Shown here in pieces: positions 38,154 to 48,007 of a DNA stretch of 64,000 nucleotides (position 1 is its first letter; the number at the start of each line of letters is the position of its first letter). A program made the position numbers and the translations under genes. Source of the DNA: Elusimicrobiota bacterium (GTDB lineage Bacteria > Elusimicrobiota > Elusimicrobia > UBA1565); the NCBI GenBank assembly GCA_043827405.1, contig JBDRPD010000054.1:79691-143690 (forward strand), in the 5' to 3' direction. The notes below the pieces were generated by a model. It saw only the letters and a program-made list of their open reading frames with translations. It was not told the DNA's origin and made no database searches.

Positions 38154-39116
38154 CTAGTCGATCTCCGCGCCGATCATATCTTCCAGCACGTCCTCCATGG
38201 TGACCACGCCGACGAGCTTCCCCTCGTCGCTCTTGACCACGGCGATCTGGGTCTTGTTCTTGACGAAGAACTCGATCAGGTCATGGGACGGCAGGTTGGA
38301 GCTCACGAAATGCACGGGGATCATGAGCTGCTTCATCGTGGTGTCGGGGGCGCGCCGCAGCTTGGCGGCGAAGACGCTGCGCCGCAGCACCAGGCCGAGA
38401 ATCTCGTCGGGATTGTCGTCGTTGGCTATCAGGACGCGGCTGTAGCGCCAATGGCTCCAGTCCGCCTTGACCTCCGATAGCGGGAGGACGTCCGGTATCC
38501 GCTTGATATTCTCGTAGGGCGTCATGATGTCGCGGGTTTTGATGTCGTTTAGCCGCAGGATATTGCGGATCCACTTGCCTTCCTGCTTGAGGATCTTGCC
38601 GCTGGCCTCGCTGAGCATGGTCATGCTGATGATGTCCTGCTCGGTGGGGTGCGAAAGCCGTGAGGAGCCGCCGATAAAGCGGGTAACCAGGGACGAGATC
38701 TTGACGAACGGCGCCAGGGTCCAGATGAGGATCTGCAGCGGCCAGGCCAGGGCCGGAGCCAGGCTGTTGGCGTAGCGCACGCCCAGGCTTTTCGGCACGA
38801 TCTCGCTCACGAACAGAATCAGGACCGTGAACGCGCCCGAGAAAATGCCGATCCCGAGATTGCCGTAATACGTCTCGACCAGGGCGCCGGACCAGATGGC
38901 GCCCAAAGTCATCACCATGGTGTTGACGATGAGGATGGCGGCGATCGGTTCGTCGACGCGCTCGCGCAGCTTGGCGAGGCGGAGCCCCAGCGGGCTCTGC
39001 AAGCGCTTAAGCGTCGCGATGCGGCTGCGCGAGACGGAATACAAAGCGGCCTCGCTCAGCGAACACAGGAATACGCCGATGAGGCTGACGACGACAATAA
39101 CCGCTATAGCGAACAT
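38154..39116 (-). CDS. CNNM/DUF21 plus CBS-pair membrane protein, copy 2
   Basis: CSLSEAALYS, PIAAILIVNT, SEIVPKSLG, DIMTP, GVVTMEDVLEDMIGAEID. Confidence 0.9.
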   Translation of the reverse strand: MFAIAVIVVVSLIGVFLCSLSEAALYSVSRSRIATLKRLQSPLGLRLAKLRERVDEPIAAILIVNTMVMTLGAIWSGALVETYYGNLGIGIFSGAFTVLILFVSEIVPKSLGVRYANSLAPALAWPLQILIWTLAPFVKISSLVTRFIGGSSRLSHPTEQDIISMTMLSEASGKILKQEGKWIRNILRLNDIKTRDIMTPYENIKRIPDVLPLSEVKADWSHWRYSRVLIANDDNPDEILGLVLRRSVFAAKLRRAPDTTMKQLMIPVHFVSSNLPSHDLIEFFVKNKTQIAVVKSDEGKLVGVVTMEDVLEDMIGAEID

Positions 39117-39238
39117 TCGTTAGGCGAGGGAGGCTTGTACATATATAAGGTGCGGAGCGGAATTTTTCAAGGGCGGATCAGCGGGAGTATACGAAATCAG
39201 CGTTCGGGGTTGGGGGAGCCAACCGGCGGCCTCGCCCC

Positions 39239-39460
39239 CTACTCGACGTCCTTCGTCATGGAGTAGAGGTCCGCCGCGAAGAGCGCCCCGAGAAGGAGCG
39301 TCAACCCGACGGCCGCCGTTATACGGGTCGGCGCCGGCTGGACCAGCAGCCATTTCCCCATCGCCCCGAGCTTCATGAAGGTCCCCAGACAGAAGGCCCA
39401 GACGAGAAGAGTCAGCGGCGGTGCGTAGTGGCAGCGTATCGCCACGTCGCGCGCGCGCAC
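39239..39460 (-). CDS. Possible small membrane protein
   Basis: 73-aa ORF with two hydrophobic segments starting just after the upstream stop; no recognisable motif. Confidence 0.3.
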   Translation of the reverse strand: MRARDVAIRCHYAPPLTLLVWAFCLGTFMKLGAMGKWLLVQPAPTRITAAVGLTLLLGALFAADLYSMTKDVE

Positions 39461-39462
39461 TA

Positions 39463-40980
39463 TCAGCTCTGCGGCCGGCCGGGGAAGTCGATCTTGAGTC
39501 CTGCGGCGTTCTTGATGAGCCGGCCGGGGAGCTCGGCTTTAAGCACCAGGCCGGTACCGGTGATCTCGAGGCTCTCAAAGAACGTCTCGCCGTCGGCGGG
39601 CCGGGCGGGGGCGCCGTCGATGCGGATCACCGCGTCGGCGGGGAGGAGGAAGTCCTCGTCGCCGTCAGAACGGTTGATCATATCGATCTTTGTGAGTCTG
39701 AGCAGATAGCCGGGACCCGCGGCCTCGAAGCTGTTGACCGCGGGCATGAGCCAGGAGCCGTCGTTTAGCACGAAGTTCTTGCTGAAAGAGAAGCTGCCGT
39801 CCACGCCCTTCGGGGCGCTGATGCGGACATGCGTCAGCGGCGAGGTCTCGAAGGCCTCCAGGGCCTCGGCGATGGCGCGCAGTTCGCCTGAGAGTTCGGC
39901 GTTGGAACGGGCCAGCAGGGCGGGGAAATCAAACTCGGCCTTGGCCGCGGCGACCAGGGCCGCCTCATCGGCGGGAGCGACGGGATAGGCGGCGCGCATC
40001 TGTGAGAAGACGGCCTGCCCGGCCGCGACGGCGGACTTCCAGCCGGCCGTACCCGCCGCGTCCAAGAGGTAGCCCTGCCCCGCGCCGGTGGAGTAATAGC
40101 GCCACTTGCTCATCTGGCCGAACTCGACCGGGTTTTTGAGCCGGCCGATCAGTTTGTCGGTCCCCCGCATCACCTTGCCCGGACCGCCGGTCAGTTTGAG
40201 TTCGGCGTAGTGGGCCATGCCCTCCAACCGCTCCTGACCATCCTCCACGTCGGCGCAGCCCTGAGGGTTGGCCTGGCGGCGGGCGTTGCGGACGGCGATG
40301 AACATGCGGGCGTAGCGGCGGGCGTCGGGGGTGCGTAAAGCGTCCACGGCCGCCGCGAGGGCGGCATTGGCAAGGTTGGCCAGGGCCACGTCCGTCCCGT
40401 CCGCCTTGGGGTAGCGGGAGGGGAAGTGCTTCATCGTGAAGGCGGTCTCTTGGAAGACATGAAAGCGCTCATGGACCACGGTCGCCACCGTCCGGTCGGC
40501 CTTCCAGCCGGCCTCGGATTTTATGGCGAAGGTGTCCTCGCCGCCCAGCGGGGTATGGAACAGGAACGGGCCATTGAAGGGCGGAGTCACGTCGGTCGCG
40601 TGATGCACCGTGATGCCGCCCTGCCGCAGAGGCCGGTAGCCGGCGGGGGGAGCGGGGTGGTTGATCAGGAAAGCCCCGCCCGCACCGTCGAAGATCTGGA
40701 TGGGCTGGGCCAAGGGTTCGTAGCCGGGCCAGACGGAAGACGCGGCGTTCTCACGAGCGGCCGCCAGGAGACCGGCCGGGATGAGGGGGAGGTTCGCGGT
40801 CTTCTTGGGTCGGATATCCGGCGTCAGGTCCGGCATGACCGGCACGGCCGGGCCCTTTCGCGGGGCGGCCCCGTCGAATTCCCGGTCCCAGCGGGCCTTG
40901 TCGGCCGCGCCGGGGACGAGCAAGACTTCCCCGCGGGCGGCGGGAGCGAACAGCACGAAAAGGGCCACTAACAGCCTCAT
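39463..40980 (-). CDS. Secreted hypothetical protein with gluzincin-like HExxH...E motif
   Basis: Signal peptide; TVVHERFHVFQ and downstream LEGMAHYAE. Confidence 0.7.
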   Translation of the reverse strand: MRLLVALFVLFAPAARGEVLLVPGAADKARWDREFDGAAPRKGPAVPVMPDLTPDIRPKKTANLPLIPAGLLAAARENAASSVWPGYEPLAQPIQIFDGAGGAFLINHPAPPAGYRPLRQGGITVHHATDVTPPFNGPFLFHTPLGGEDTFAIKSEAGWKADRTVATVVHERFHVFQETAFTMKHFPSRYPKADGTDVALANLANAALAAAVDALRTPDARRYARMFIAVRNARRQANPQGCADVEDGQERLEGMAHYAELKLTGGPGKVMRGTDKLIGRLKNPVEFGQMSKWRYYSTGAGQGYLLDAAGTAGWKSAVAAGQAVFSQMRAAYPVAPADEAALVAAAKAEFDFPALLARSNAELSGELRAIAEALEAFETSPLTHVRISAPKGVDGSFSFSKNFVLNDGSWLMPAVNSFEAAGPGYLLRLTKIDMINRSDGDEDFLLPADAVIRIDGAPARPADGETFFESLEITGTGLVLKAELPGRLIKNAAGLKIDFPGRPQS

Positions 40981-41103
40981 ACCCTATAGAGTAGAGGGAA
41001 TGGACGGCGTCGGCATGAGCCGTTAGGGGCGGTCCCGGGGAGGGACCTTCAGCCCGTATTAAAATGCTGCTTCCGGAAGCTTTTTGCATCAGCGGCGGGA
41101 AAA

Positions 41104-42480
41104 TCACCGCGCCGGCGCGCGCAGCACGTCTTCGGTCACCAGCCGGTCGGTGATCCGCGACCATTCGATGCGCAGCTTGCGCCGCAGCACTCCGTGCTGT
41201 ATCCGGCTGAAGCGGTTGGCGTCGAGCACGTTGACGGCGGAGATATAGTCGTTAAGCGAGGCCTTGGCGTAGGTATAGTTCTCGGACTCGTCTTTGAGGA
41301 CGTTCTCCGCCAGCCGAATCTTCGTGTCGGTGATCTCTTCGAGCCGGGTTTCGCGCTCCATGCGCAGGTGGAGGTTCAGGATGTCGGCACGCAGCCGCTC
41401 ATGGGTGTTCTGCGTCGCCAGCTCGGTCCGGCGCCGCTCGACCTTGGCGATCTCGTGCGCGGCCTTCCCCTGCTGATCGGTAAAGAATGGGAATTCGATG
41501 GAAACCCCCGCCATGGCCTTGTTCTCCGGCTTCTCGATGCCGGGCTTTTCGCCCCGGCGCTCGTACTCGAAGAGCAGGCTGATCGACGGCAGCAGGGCGT
41601 CCGCCTCGCGGGAGACCTCGAGCGAACTCTTGTCCTCCAGCAGGCGCAAGGTCCGGTAGGTGCGGCTGTCGCCGCGGAAGCGCGCGTACATCTCATCGAA
41701 GCTGCCCGTGAGAGGCGCGGGCGGCGGGGGCGCCGCCGGGACCAAAGTCTCCGCGCTCTTGTGCCGCAGGACGCGCTGGACGAGGTTGAGGCGGCTCACA
41801 TAGGCCTCCTCCAGGTCGACCAGCTTCTCCTTTTTGCCCAGAACCTGCAGCTCGATCTTGTTGACGTCGATGGTCTTGGCGATGCGCGCATTCGAGCGCT
41901 GGCGCATGTTCTCCAGCAGCTTCAGATTCTCTTCATAGGAAGAGCGGCCTATCTGCAGGTTCTCATAGGCCTCGTACCAGTCCAGGTAGAAGCCCTGGAC
42001 GGCGGCCAGATAGTCCTCGTAGGCTTCGACGATCTGGTAGCGGGCGACGTCGGTCTCGAGGCCGACGATCTTCCTGAGCAGGCGCGTCGAGCGGCCGAAG
42101 GCGTTCTCGGCGATCGGCTGGGCCAAAGCGAAGGTTAGCGCGGCCGCGTCGTGATTGGGGCGGCTCGCGGGCGGCGTCAAGGTGTAGGAAGCATCGAGCT
42201 CGGTTCCCGCCAGTGGGAAGAGCTTGCTTAGGCCCGCCGTCGTCTTGTCGTCGTTTTCATCGATGTCGAGCGAGGCCGACAGCTCTTCCCGCACGCTGAG
42301 GACGAAGTCGCGCGCGGGAAGGCGCAGGTCCTGCCGGTGCTTGAGGGCGAGCTCGGCGATCAGGATCTCCTCGAACTGCGTGTCGTTACGGACGGCGAGG
42401 CGCAGGAACTCGTCCATCGTCAAGGTCCGCGTCGAGGCCGCGGCGGGGACCGCAAAAAGCAGCAGGAACATCAGCTTCAT
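41104..42480 (-). CDS. TolC-family outer membrane efflux protein
   Basis: Signal peptide from ATG 42480, helical repeats, LLPSISL, GVSIEFPF; overlaps the RND stop. Confidence 0.8.
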   Translation of the reverse strand: MKLMFLLLFAVPAAASTRTLTMDEFLRLAVRNDTQFEEILIAELALKHRQDLRLPARDFVLSVREELSASLDIDENDDKTTAGLSKLFPLAGTELDASYTLTPPASRPNHDAAALTFALAQPIAENAFGRSTRLLRKIVGLETDVARYQIVEAYEDYLAAVQGFYLDWYEAYENLQIGRSSYEENLKLLENMRQRSNARIAKTIDVNKIELQVLGKKEKLVDLEEAYVSRLNLVQRVLRHKSAETLVPAAPPPPAPLTGSFDEMYARFRGDSRTYRTLRLLEDKSSLEVSREADALLPSISLLFEYERRGEKPGIEKPENKAMAGVSIEFPFFTDQQGKAAHEIAKVERRRTELATQNTHERLRADILNLHLRMERETRLEEITDTKIRLAENVLKDESENYTYAKASLNDYISAVNVLDANRFSRIQHGVLRRKLRIEWSRITDRLVTEDVLRAPAR

Positions 42481-45400
42481 GCCGCGCCTCCCCACAGCCG
42501 CGTGCGCCAGGACTGCAGTACGGCGTAGAGGCAGGGGACCATGAGCAGGGTGATGACGGTGCCGAAGAGCAGCCCCCAGCTTAGCGCGAGCATCATCTCG
42601 GCCAGCATGTCGTCGTAGCCTGCCAGGCCGTAGGCGGTGGGCAGCACGCCCGCCACCGTGGTCAAAGTGGTGAGGATGACCGCGCGCAGGCGCGTCTTGG
42701 AGACTCCCGCGATCTTCCGGTTGATTTCGCCGGCCGCAGCGGGGGCGACGAACTCGTCGTCGAGCTTGACCAGCATGACGATTGAGTCGTTGATGACGAC
42801 GCCGGCCAGTCCCAGGGCGCCTACCGCGGCGAAAAAGCCGAAGAGGACCTTGCCGTGCAGCAGGAAGGCCAGGGCCACTCCGGCCGCGCCGAAGGGAATG
42901 GCCAGCATGATGATGAGGGGCTTTACCCCCGAGTCGAAGAGCACCGCGAGGACGATGTAGATCAGCAGGAGCGTTAAAAGGATGGCGTTTCTGAAGTCCT
43001 TCTTGGACGCCCGCGTATCTTCCACCTCGCCGGTGAAGGTCAGCCGCGTCGTCGGGTACTGGGAAAGGATGTCGGGGAATACCTCGTTTTCAAAGTGCTC
43101 GGCGATCTCAAGCGGCGTCATTTTCGCTTTTTCGATGAGATCGGCGTCGATCGTCGTCGTCCGCTTCATCTCGCGCCGGGAGATGGAGGTCGGCGAGGTG
43201 ACCTGCTCTACCGAAACGATGTCGCGCAGCGGCACCAGGTAGTTGCGCGTGTTCTCGACCGGGATGTCGAGGACCTTCTCGATGTCGTTTTTGGCGTCGT
43301 CGACCGTGGTCAGCCGGGCGCGGACCTCTTCGTCGCCGTTGGAAAACTCGTAGACGATGATGCCTTCCAGCGCGGCGCGGAAGGTCGAGGAGACGTCGGT
43401 CGGGGTGATCGAGAGCCGCTTGATCTTCTCGCGGTTGATGGAGATCCGGTACTCCTTGGTGAAGAAGCCCTCGTCGATCTCGGCGTTTTTCAGCTGCGGA
43501 TGGCTGTTGAAGCGCTGGCGCAGCTCAGCGGCGACCTTTTTGCGGATAGCGTCGTTGTTCTCCTGGACGAGAAGCTCGATGGGGCTGCCGGAGTCCGCCC
43601 CCCAGCGTCCCTTGCTGAAGCGTAGCTTGTCGAAGCCCTTGAGTTCCGCGATTTTGGCTTCCAGCTCTTTGACGATCTGACCGGCGGACTTCTTGCGCTC
43701 TTCCTTGGGTACGATCTCGATGAGGTAGCGGAACTGGTTCTCCTCAACGGCGCCGCCGCGCCGGCCGCGCGCTATCATGGTGCGAAAGCCCACCATTTCC
43801 TTGCCGATATAGGGGATCAGGATATCGTCGATCTGCTGCGTCATGCGGGCGGTATCGTAGCGCGTCGAACCCGGCGGCGTATAGCCGCTGAGCGCGATGT
43901 CCCGCGTCTCTTCGCGGGGGAACATGACGAACTTCATGCGCGCGGCCGACAGATAGGCGATGCCGACCAGGAGCGCCGCCAGCGTCGCGAGTATCAGCCA
44001 GCGGTACGGCAGAACTCTCTCCATGGCGCGGCCGTAAGCCGCTTCGACCTTGTCGAACCAATGGCCGTCGGCCGCGGCCGCTTTCCGCGCGCTGGCCCAG
44101 GGCAGGTGCAGGTTCATGTGGCCGGGCAGGATGAGCAAAGACTCGAACAGGCTCGCTCCCAGCATGAGGAAGATGATGGGGGGGATAAAGGCGACGAAGC
44201 GGCCGAAGTGCCCGGTGAAGAAGAACAGGGGGATGAAGGCGATGCAGGTGGTCACGACGCTGGCGATGATGGGCATCATCACGTAGGCCGTGGCCTTGAC
44301 CACGGCGACGCTCTGTTCGACGCCCTTCTGCACCTCGCGGGTGATGTCTTCCGCCACGACGATGGCGTCGTCGACGACGATGCCGAGCACGATGATGACG
44401 GCGGCCAAGGTCGTCCCATTGATGGTATAGCCGAGCCAGGCGCCCATGATCATGGTAAAGGCGATGGTGAAGGGGATGCCCATCGCCACCCAGACGCCGG
44501 AGCGCTTGTCCAGGAAGATGAACAGCGTGCCCAAAATAAGGAGAAAGCCGATGCCGCCGTTGATGCCGATCAAAGACAGGCGGTTGCGCACGTCGATCGA
44601 TTCGTCGTCGAGCAGGACGGCGCGGATCGTGGTCCCTTTAAGGTTGTTTTTACGATAGCGTTCGACGGCCGCTGTGACGGCGTCGAGCGAGTCGAGAATG
44701 CCGAAGGACGGGCTCTTGACGATGCTGAACATGACGGCCTCGCGGCCGTTGACCTTGATGACGGACTTGTTCTTCTCGTAGGTGGCCTCGATTTCGGCGA
44801 CCTGGCCGAGCCGGATCACCTGGCCCTCGAATCCGCCCTGCACCACGAGGTCGCCGAGGCGTTCGACGGTGTTGAGCTCGGAGAGCAGGGTGACCTTGGG
44901 TTCGCCCTTGGCCTCGATCGAACCCGCCGGCTGGCGGATGTGGTTGGAGCGGATCTCCCGCATCACGGTATTGAAGGGGATGTCGTATTTGACGAGCTTT
45001 TGCGGGTAGAGCCGGATCTGCAGCTCCTCTTTGAGGTAGTTGGACTTGTCAACGCTGTGCACCTGGGGCAGGTTTAACAGCTGGTTTTCCAGGGCGAAGG
45101 CGTAGCGCTGCAGCTCGCGGCGTTTCTCCAGGTCGAAGATCACGGCGTTCTCGTCGTAGAGCGCGACGTCGAGGATGGCCTTCTTGGCGGTCTTGAATAC
45201 CCGGATCGAGGGATCGTCGATCACGTCGTCGGGGAACCGCACATCAAGGACGGCGTTGCGGATTTCGGCGATCACCTCGTCGATGTTCGGCAGGTCCGGC
45301 TCCAGCTCGACCGAGACGCTGCCCTGGCCGACGGAGCTCGTGCCGGAAAGGCGGTAGACCCCGTCGAGAGAACGGACTTTTTCTTCGATGGGCTTGGTAA

Positions 45401-45635
45401 CGTAGTACTCCACGTCTTCCGCCGGCGCACCCGGATAGCTTACCGATATGCTCACCCGGTCGAAGGTCACCGCCGGCATCTCCTCCTTCTTGGTCTGCCG
45501 CCACGCGAAGGCGCCGCCGATCAGGACCAGGAGGAACAGGAGGTTGGTCAGCAGGTGTCTTTTTGCGAAATAGGCGATGAAGTGTTCAAGGGGTGTATAG
45601 TCCGGCACATGGGTTAGACGTTGATGCGGGGTCAT
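42477..45635 (-). CDS. RND efflux permease (AcrB/CusA superfamily)
   Basis: YPGAPAEDVEYYVTKPIEE, LGIVVDDAIVVAE, GVVINDSIV, RLRAVILTTLTT; 1052 aa. Confidence 0.94.
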   Translation of the reverse strand: MTPHQRLTHVPDYTPLEHFIAYFAKRHLLTNLLFLLVLIGGAFAWRQTKKEEMPAVTFDRVSISVSYPGAPAEDVEYYVTKPIEEKVRSLDGVYRLSGTSSVGQGSVSVELEPDLPNIDEVIAEIRNAVLDVRFPDDVIDDPSIRVFKTAKKAILDVALYDENAVIFDLEKRRELQRYAFALENQLLNLPQVHSVDKSNYLKEELQIRLYPQKLVKYDIPFNTVMREIRSNHIRQPAGSIEAKGEPKVTLLSELNTVERLGDLVVQGGFEGQVIRLGQVAEIEATYEKNKSVIKVNGREAVMFSIVKSPSFGILDSLDAVTAAVERYRKNNLKGTTIRAVLLDDESIDVRNRLSLIGINGGIGFLLILGTLFIFLDKRSGVWVAMGIPFTIAFTMIMGAWLGYTINGTTLAAVIIVLGIVVDDAIVVAEDITREVQKGVEQSVAVVKATAYVMMPIIASVVTTCIAFIPLFFFTGHFGRFVAFIPPIIFLMLGASLFESLLILPGHMNLHLPWASARKAAAADGHWFDKVEAAYGRAMERVLPYRWLILATLAALLVGIAYLSAARMKFVMFPREETRDIALSGYTPPGSTRYDTARMTQQIDDILIPYIGKEMVGFRTMIARGRRGGAVEENQFRYLIEIVPKEERKKSAGQIVKELEAKIAELKGFDKLRFSKGRWGADSGSPIELLVQENNDAIRKKVAAELRQRFNSHPQLKNAEIDEGFFTKEYRISINREKIKRLSITPTDVSSTFRAALEGIIVYEFSNGDEEVRARLTTVDDAKNDIEKVLDIPVENTRNYLVPLRDIVSVEQVTSPTSISRREMKRTTTIDADLIEKAKMTPLEIAEHFENEVFPDILSQYPTTRLTFTGEVEDTRASKKDFRNAILLTLLLIYIVLAVLFDSGVKPLIIMLAIPFGAAGVALAFLLHGKVLFGFFAAVGALGLAGVVINDSIVMLVKLDDEFVAPAAAGEINRKIAGVSKTRLRAVILTTLTTVAGVLPTAYGLAGYDDMLAEMMLALSWGLLFGTVITLLMVPCLYAVLQSWRTRLWGGAA

Positions 45636-45673
45636 AAGTGTCGCGGAACTTGTACAATCAATCGGCTTAAGCG

Positions 45674-46204
45674 ATGACGGAAAGAGACGATAATATAATA
45701 AAAAAAGTTCAGTCCGGCGATACGGAAGCCTATGCTGAACTGGTGCGGCGGCACCATCAGAGCATTTTGCGGCTATGCCGTTCCATGCTGGGCGGCGGCG
45801 CCGACGCCGAGGATGCCGCCCAGGAATCCTTTATCAAGGCCTACCGTTCTCTAGCGGGATACCAGGGGCAGGCTTCCTTCTCTACCTGGATATACCGGAT
45901 CGCTTCCAACAAGTGCCTGGATGTGCTGAGAAAAAGGGGACGCGAGAGAGCCGAGCCGTTGGAGGCCGCGGGAGAGCTGGCGGAACCCGTTGAGGACCTG
46001 GAGAGCCGCGAGCAGGCGGCGGCCCTGCTTTCCGAGCTGTCTCCGGAGTACCGCCTGGCGCTGACTTTGCGGGAGCTCCAGGGCTTTACCTATGAGGAAA
46101 TCGCCGAGACCATGAACTGCTCTTTGGACTCGGTCAAGGCGCGGCTGAGACGCGCGCGCGCTGAGCTGGCGCGACACTTTTTAGTGTCCCGGAGCGTCCA
46201 ATGA
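45674..46204 (+). CDS. ECF RNA polymerase sigma factor
   Basis: DAEDAAQESFIKAY, FSTWIYRIASN, LRELQGFTYEEIAE, VKARLRRAR. Confidence 0.93.
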   Translation: MTERDDNIIKKVQSGDTEAYAELVRRHHQSILRLCRSMLGGGADAEDAAQESFIKAYRSLAGYQGQASFSTWIYRIASNKCLDVLRKRGRERAEPLEAAGELAEPVEDLESREQAAALLSELSPEYRLALTLRELQGFTYEEIAETMNCSLDSVKARLRRARAELARHFLVSRSVQ

Positions 46205-46217
46205 GTAAGAGGACAGC

Positions 46218-46520
46218 GTGACCGACGATGAAATAACGGAGAAAATCCGCCGGCTGTTTTCCCTGGAGCCGATGCCCGGCCCGGATGACGGCTTCGTCCG
46301 CGGCGTCATGGCGGTGATCAGAAAGGAGGAGGCCGCCGGCATCGAACTGCCCTTTCGCTGGTGGGCGCCGGCTTTCGCTTTCGGCCTGGCCGCCGCTATT
46401 TTTGTGTTCAGCCTGCCGCAGCCGGAGACCGCGGCATCCGCCGGTATCATGCTCGCGGCCGCGGATACGGAGCCGGCCGGCATTGACGAAATGCTGGGGA
46501 TATCGTTGGAGGAGCAATGA
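46218..46520 (+). CDS. Putative membrane anti-sigma factor
   Basis: Follows the ECF sigma gene; PDDGFVRGVM motif then a single TM segment. Confidence 0.65.
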   Translation: MTDDEITEKIRRLFSLEPMPGPDDGFVRGVMAVIRKEEAAGIELPFRWWAPAFAFGLAAAIFVFSLPQPETAASAGIMLAAADTEPAGIDEMLGISLEEQ

Positions 46521-46882
46521 AGCTGGACAAGAGGCAGGTCGCGATGTGGCTCAGCCTGGGCGCGGTCCTCGGGGCCCTCATAGTCGGCGTACTGGGAAGG
46601 TGCCATTTCCAGCGTCACAAGCGCTACCGCGACCCCGAGCATGTGGTCAGGAAGATCAGCTCCGGCCTTGATCTCGCTCCGGAGCAGCAGCTGGAGATTA
46701 AAAAAATAATCATTAAAAAACAAGAAGATTTCAATTCCCTGCGCGATGAGGCCAAGGCCAAGCGCAAGGTCCTGCGGGAGGATATGCGCGACCATATCCG
46801 AAAAGTGCTCACCCCCGAACAGGCGGCCAAGTTCAACGAGCGCGTCGCCAAATGGGACAAGCCTCACAAGCGCCGTAATTGA
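46517..46882 (+). CDS. Periplasmic Spy/CpxP-like helical protein
   Basis: N-terminal TM; LDLAPEQ and VLTPEQ (LTxxQ) motifs; ATGA overlap. Confidence 0.75.
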   Translation: MKLDKRQVAMWLSLGAVLGALIVGVLGRCHFQRHKRYRDPEHVVRKISSGLDLAPEQQLEIKKIIIKKQEDFNSLRDEAKAKRKVLREDMRDHIRKVLTPEQAAKFNERVAKWDKPHKRRN

Positions 46883-46975
46883 CCCGCCTCAATATCCCCC
46901 GCCATTAGTTTTTTGTACCATGCAGGCGCTGCCAATGCGCGAGGCGGTAGGCGCTGACAGAAGGAGAGAAACACT

Positions 46976-47920
46976 ATGCGAAAGAAAGTATCGTTGATCG
47001 GCGGCGGACAGATCGGCCAGATTTTGGCCATGCTCGCCGCGCAGAAGGAGCTGGGCGACATCGTCGTTTTGGACATTCCGGAGCTCGAGGGCGCCGTCAA
47101 GGGCAAGGCTTTGGACCTGGTGGAGATGGCTCCGCACGGGAACTATGACGCGAACCTTATCGGTACCAGCAACTTCGAGGATATTAAGGATTCCGATGTC
47201 GTTATCATCACCGCGGGCCTGCCGCGCAAACCCGGCATGACGCGCGAGGATTTGCTCGCTACCAACATCAAGATCATCAGCAACGCGGCCAAGCAGGTCA
47301 AGAAGTACGCCCCCAAGGCTTTCTGCATCGTCGTGACCAACCCGCTGGACGCGATGGTCTACGTCTTCCACAAGGTCAGCGGACTGCCCAAGAACCAGGT
47401 CGTCGGCATGGCCGGACAGCTTGATGCCGGCCGCTGGCGTGCCTTCATCGCCATGGAGCTCGGCGTCTCGGTCGAGGACGTGGCCGGCACCGTGCTGGGC
47501 GGTCATGGACCGACCATGGTTCCGCTTCCGCGGCTCACCACCGTGGGCGGCGTGCCGCTGACCGACCTCCTCGACAATGCGGCGATCGAGCGCATCTCCA
47601 AGCGTACCGCCGAGGCGGGCACCGAGATCGTGAAGCTGCTGGGCAAGGGCTCCGCCTTTTTCAGCCCCGCCTACAGCGCGATCAGCATGGCCGAGGCCTA
47701 TCTCAAGGACAAGAAGCGCCTCATCCCCTGCGCGGCGCTGTGCGAGGGGGAGTACGGCGTGGACGGGCTCTACCTCGGCGTGCCGGTGCGCATCGGCGCC
47801 GGCGGCGTAGAGAAAGTCTATGAGATTACTCTCACCGACGACGAGAAGGCGAAGCTCGCCAAGACGATCGAGGCCGTCAAGGTCACCGTTAAGGAGTGCG
47901 ACGTCGAGGTGACCGCGTAG
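46976..47920 (+). CDS. mdh: Malate dehydrogenase (LDH-like)
   Basis: IGGGQIG, GKALD, TAGLPRKPGMTREDL, TNPLDAM, LGGHG, GSAFFSP. Confidence 0.95.
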   Translation: MRKKVSLIGGGQIGQILAMLAAQKELGDIVVLDIPELEGAVKGKALDLVEMAPHGNYDANLIGTSNFEDIKDSDVVIITAGLPRKPGMTREDLLATNIKIISNAAKQVKKYAPKAFCIVVTNPLDAMVYVFHKVSGLPKNQVVGMAGQLDAGRWRAFIAMELGVSVEDVAGTVLGGHGPTMVPLPRLTTVGGVPLTDLLDNAAIERISKRTAEAGTEIVKLLGKGSAFFSPAYSAISMAEAYLKDKKRLIPCAALCEGEYGVDGLYLGVPVRIGAGGVEKVYEITLTDDEKAKLAKTIEAVKVTVKECDVEVTA

Positions 47921-47943
47921 GCGTCAGCCTCAAGTCGATTGAA

Positions 47944-47977
47944 AAGCCGGGGGAGGGCCAAGGCCCTTCCCCGGCTT
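47944..47977 (+). terminator. Strong hairpin downstream of mdh (terminator or mRNA stabiliser)
   Basis: AAGCCGGGGGAGGGCC-AA-GGCCCTTCCCCGGCTT; short U-tail only. Confidence 0.6.
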
Positions 47978-48007
47978 ATCGATTCCGCGTTCATTCAAGG
48001 AGCTATC

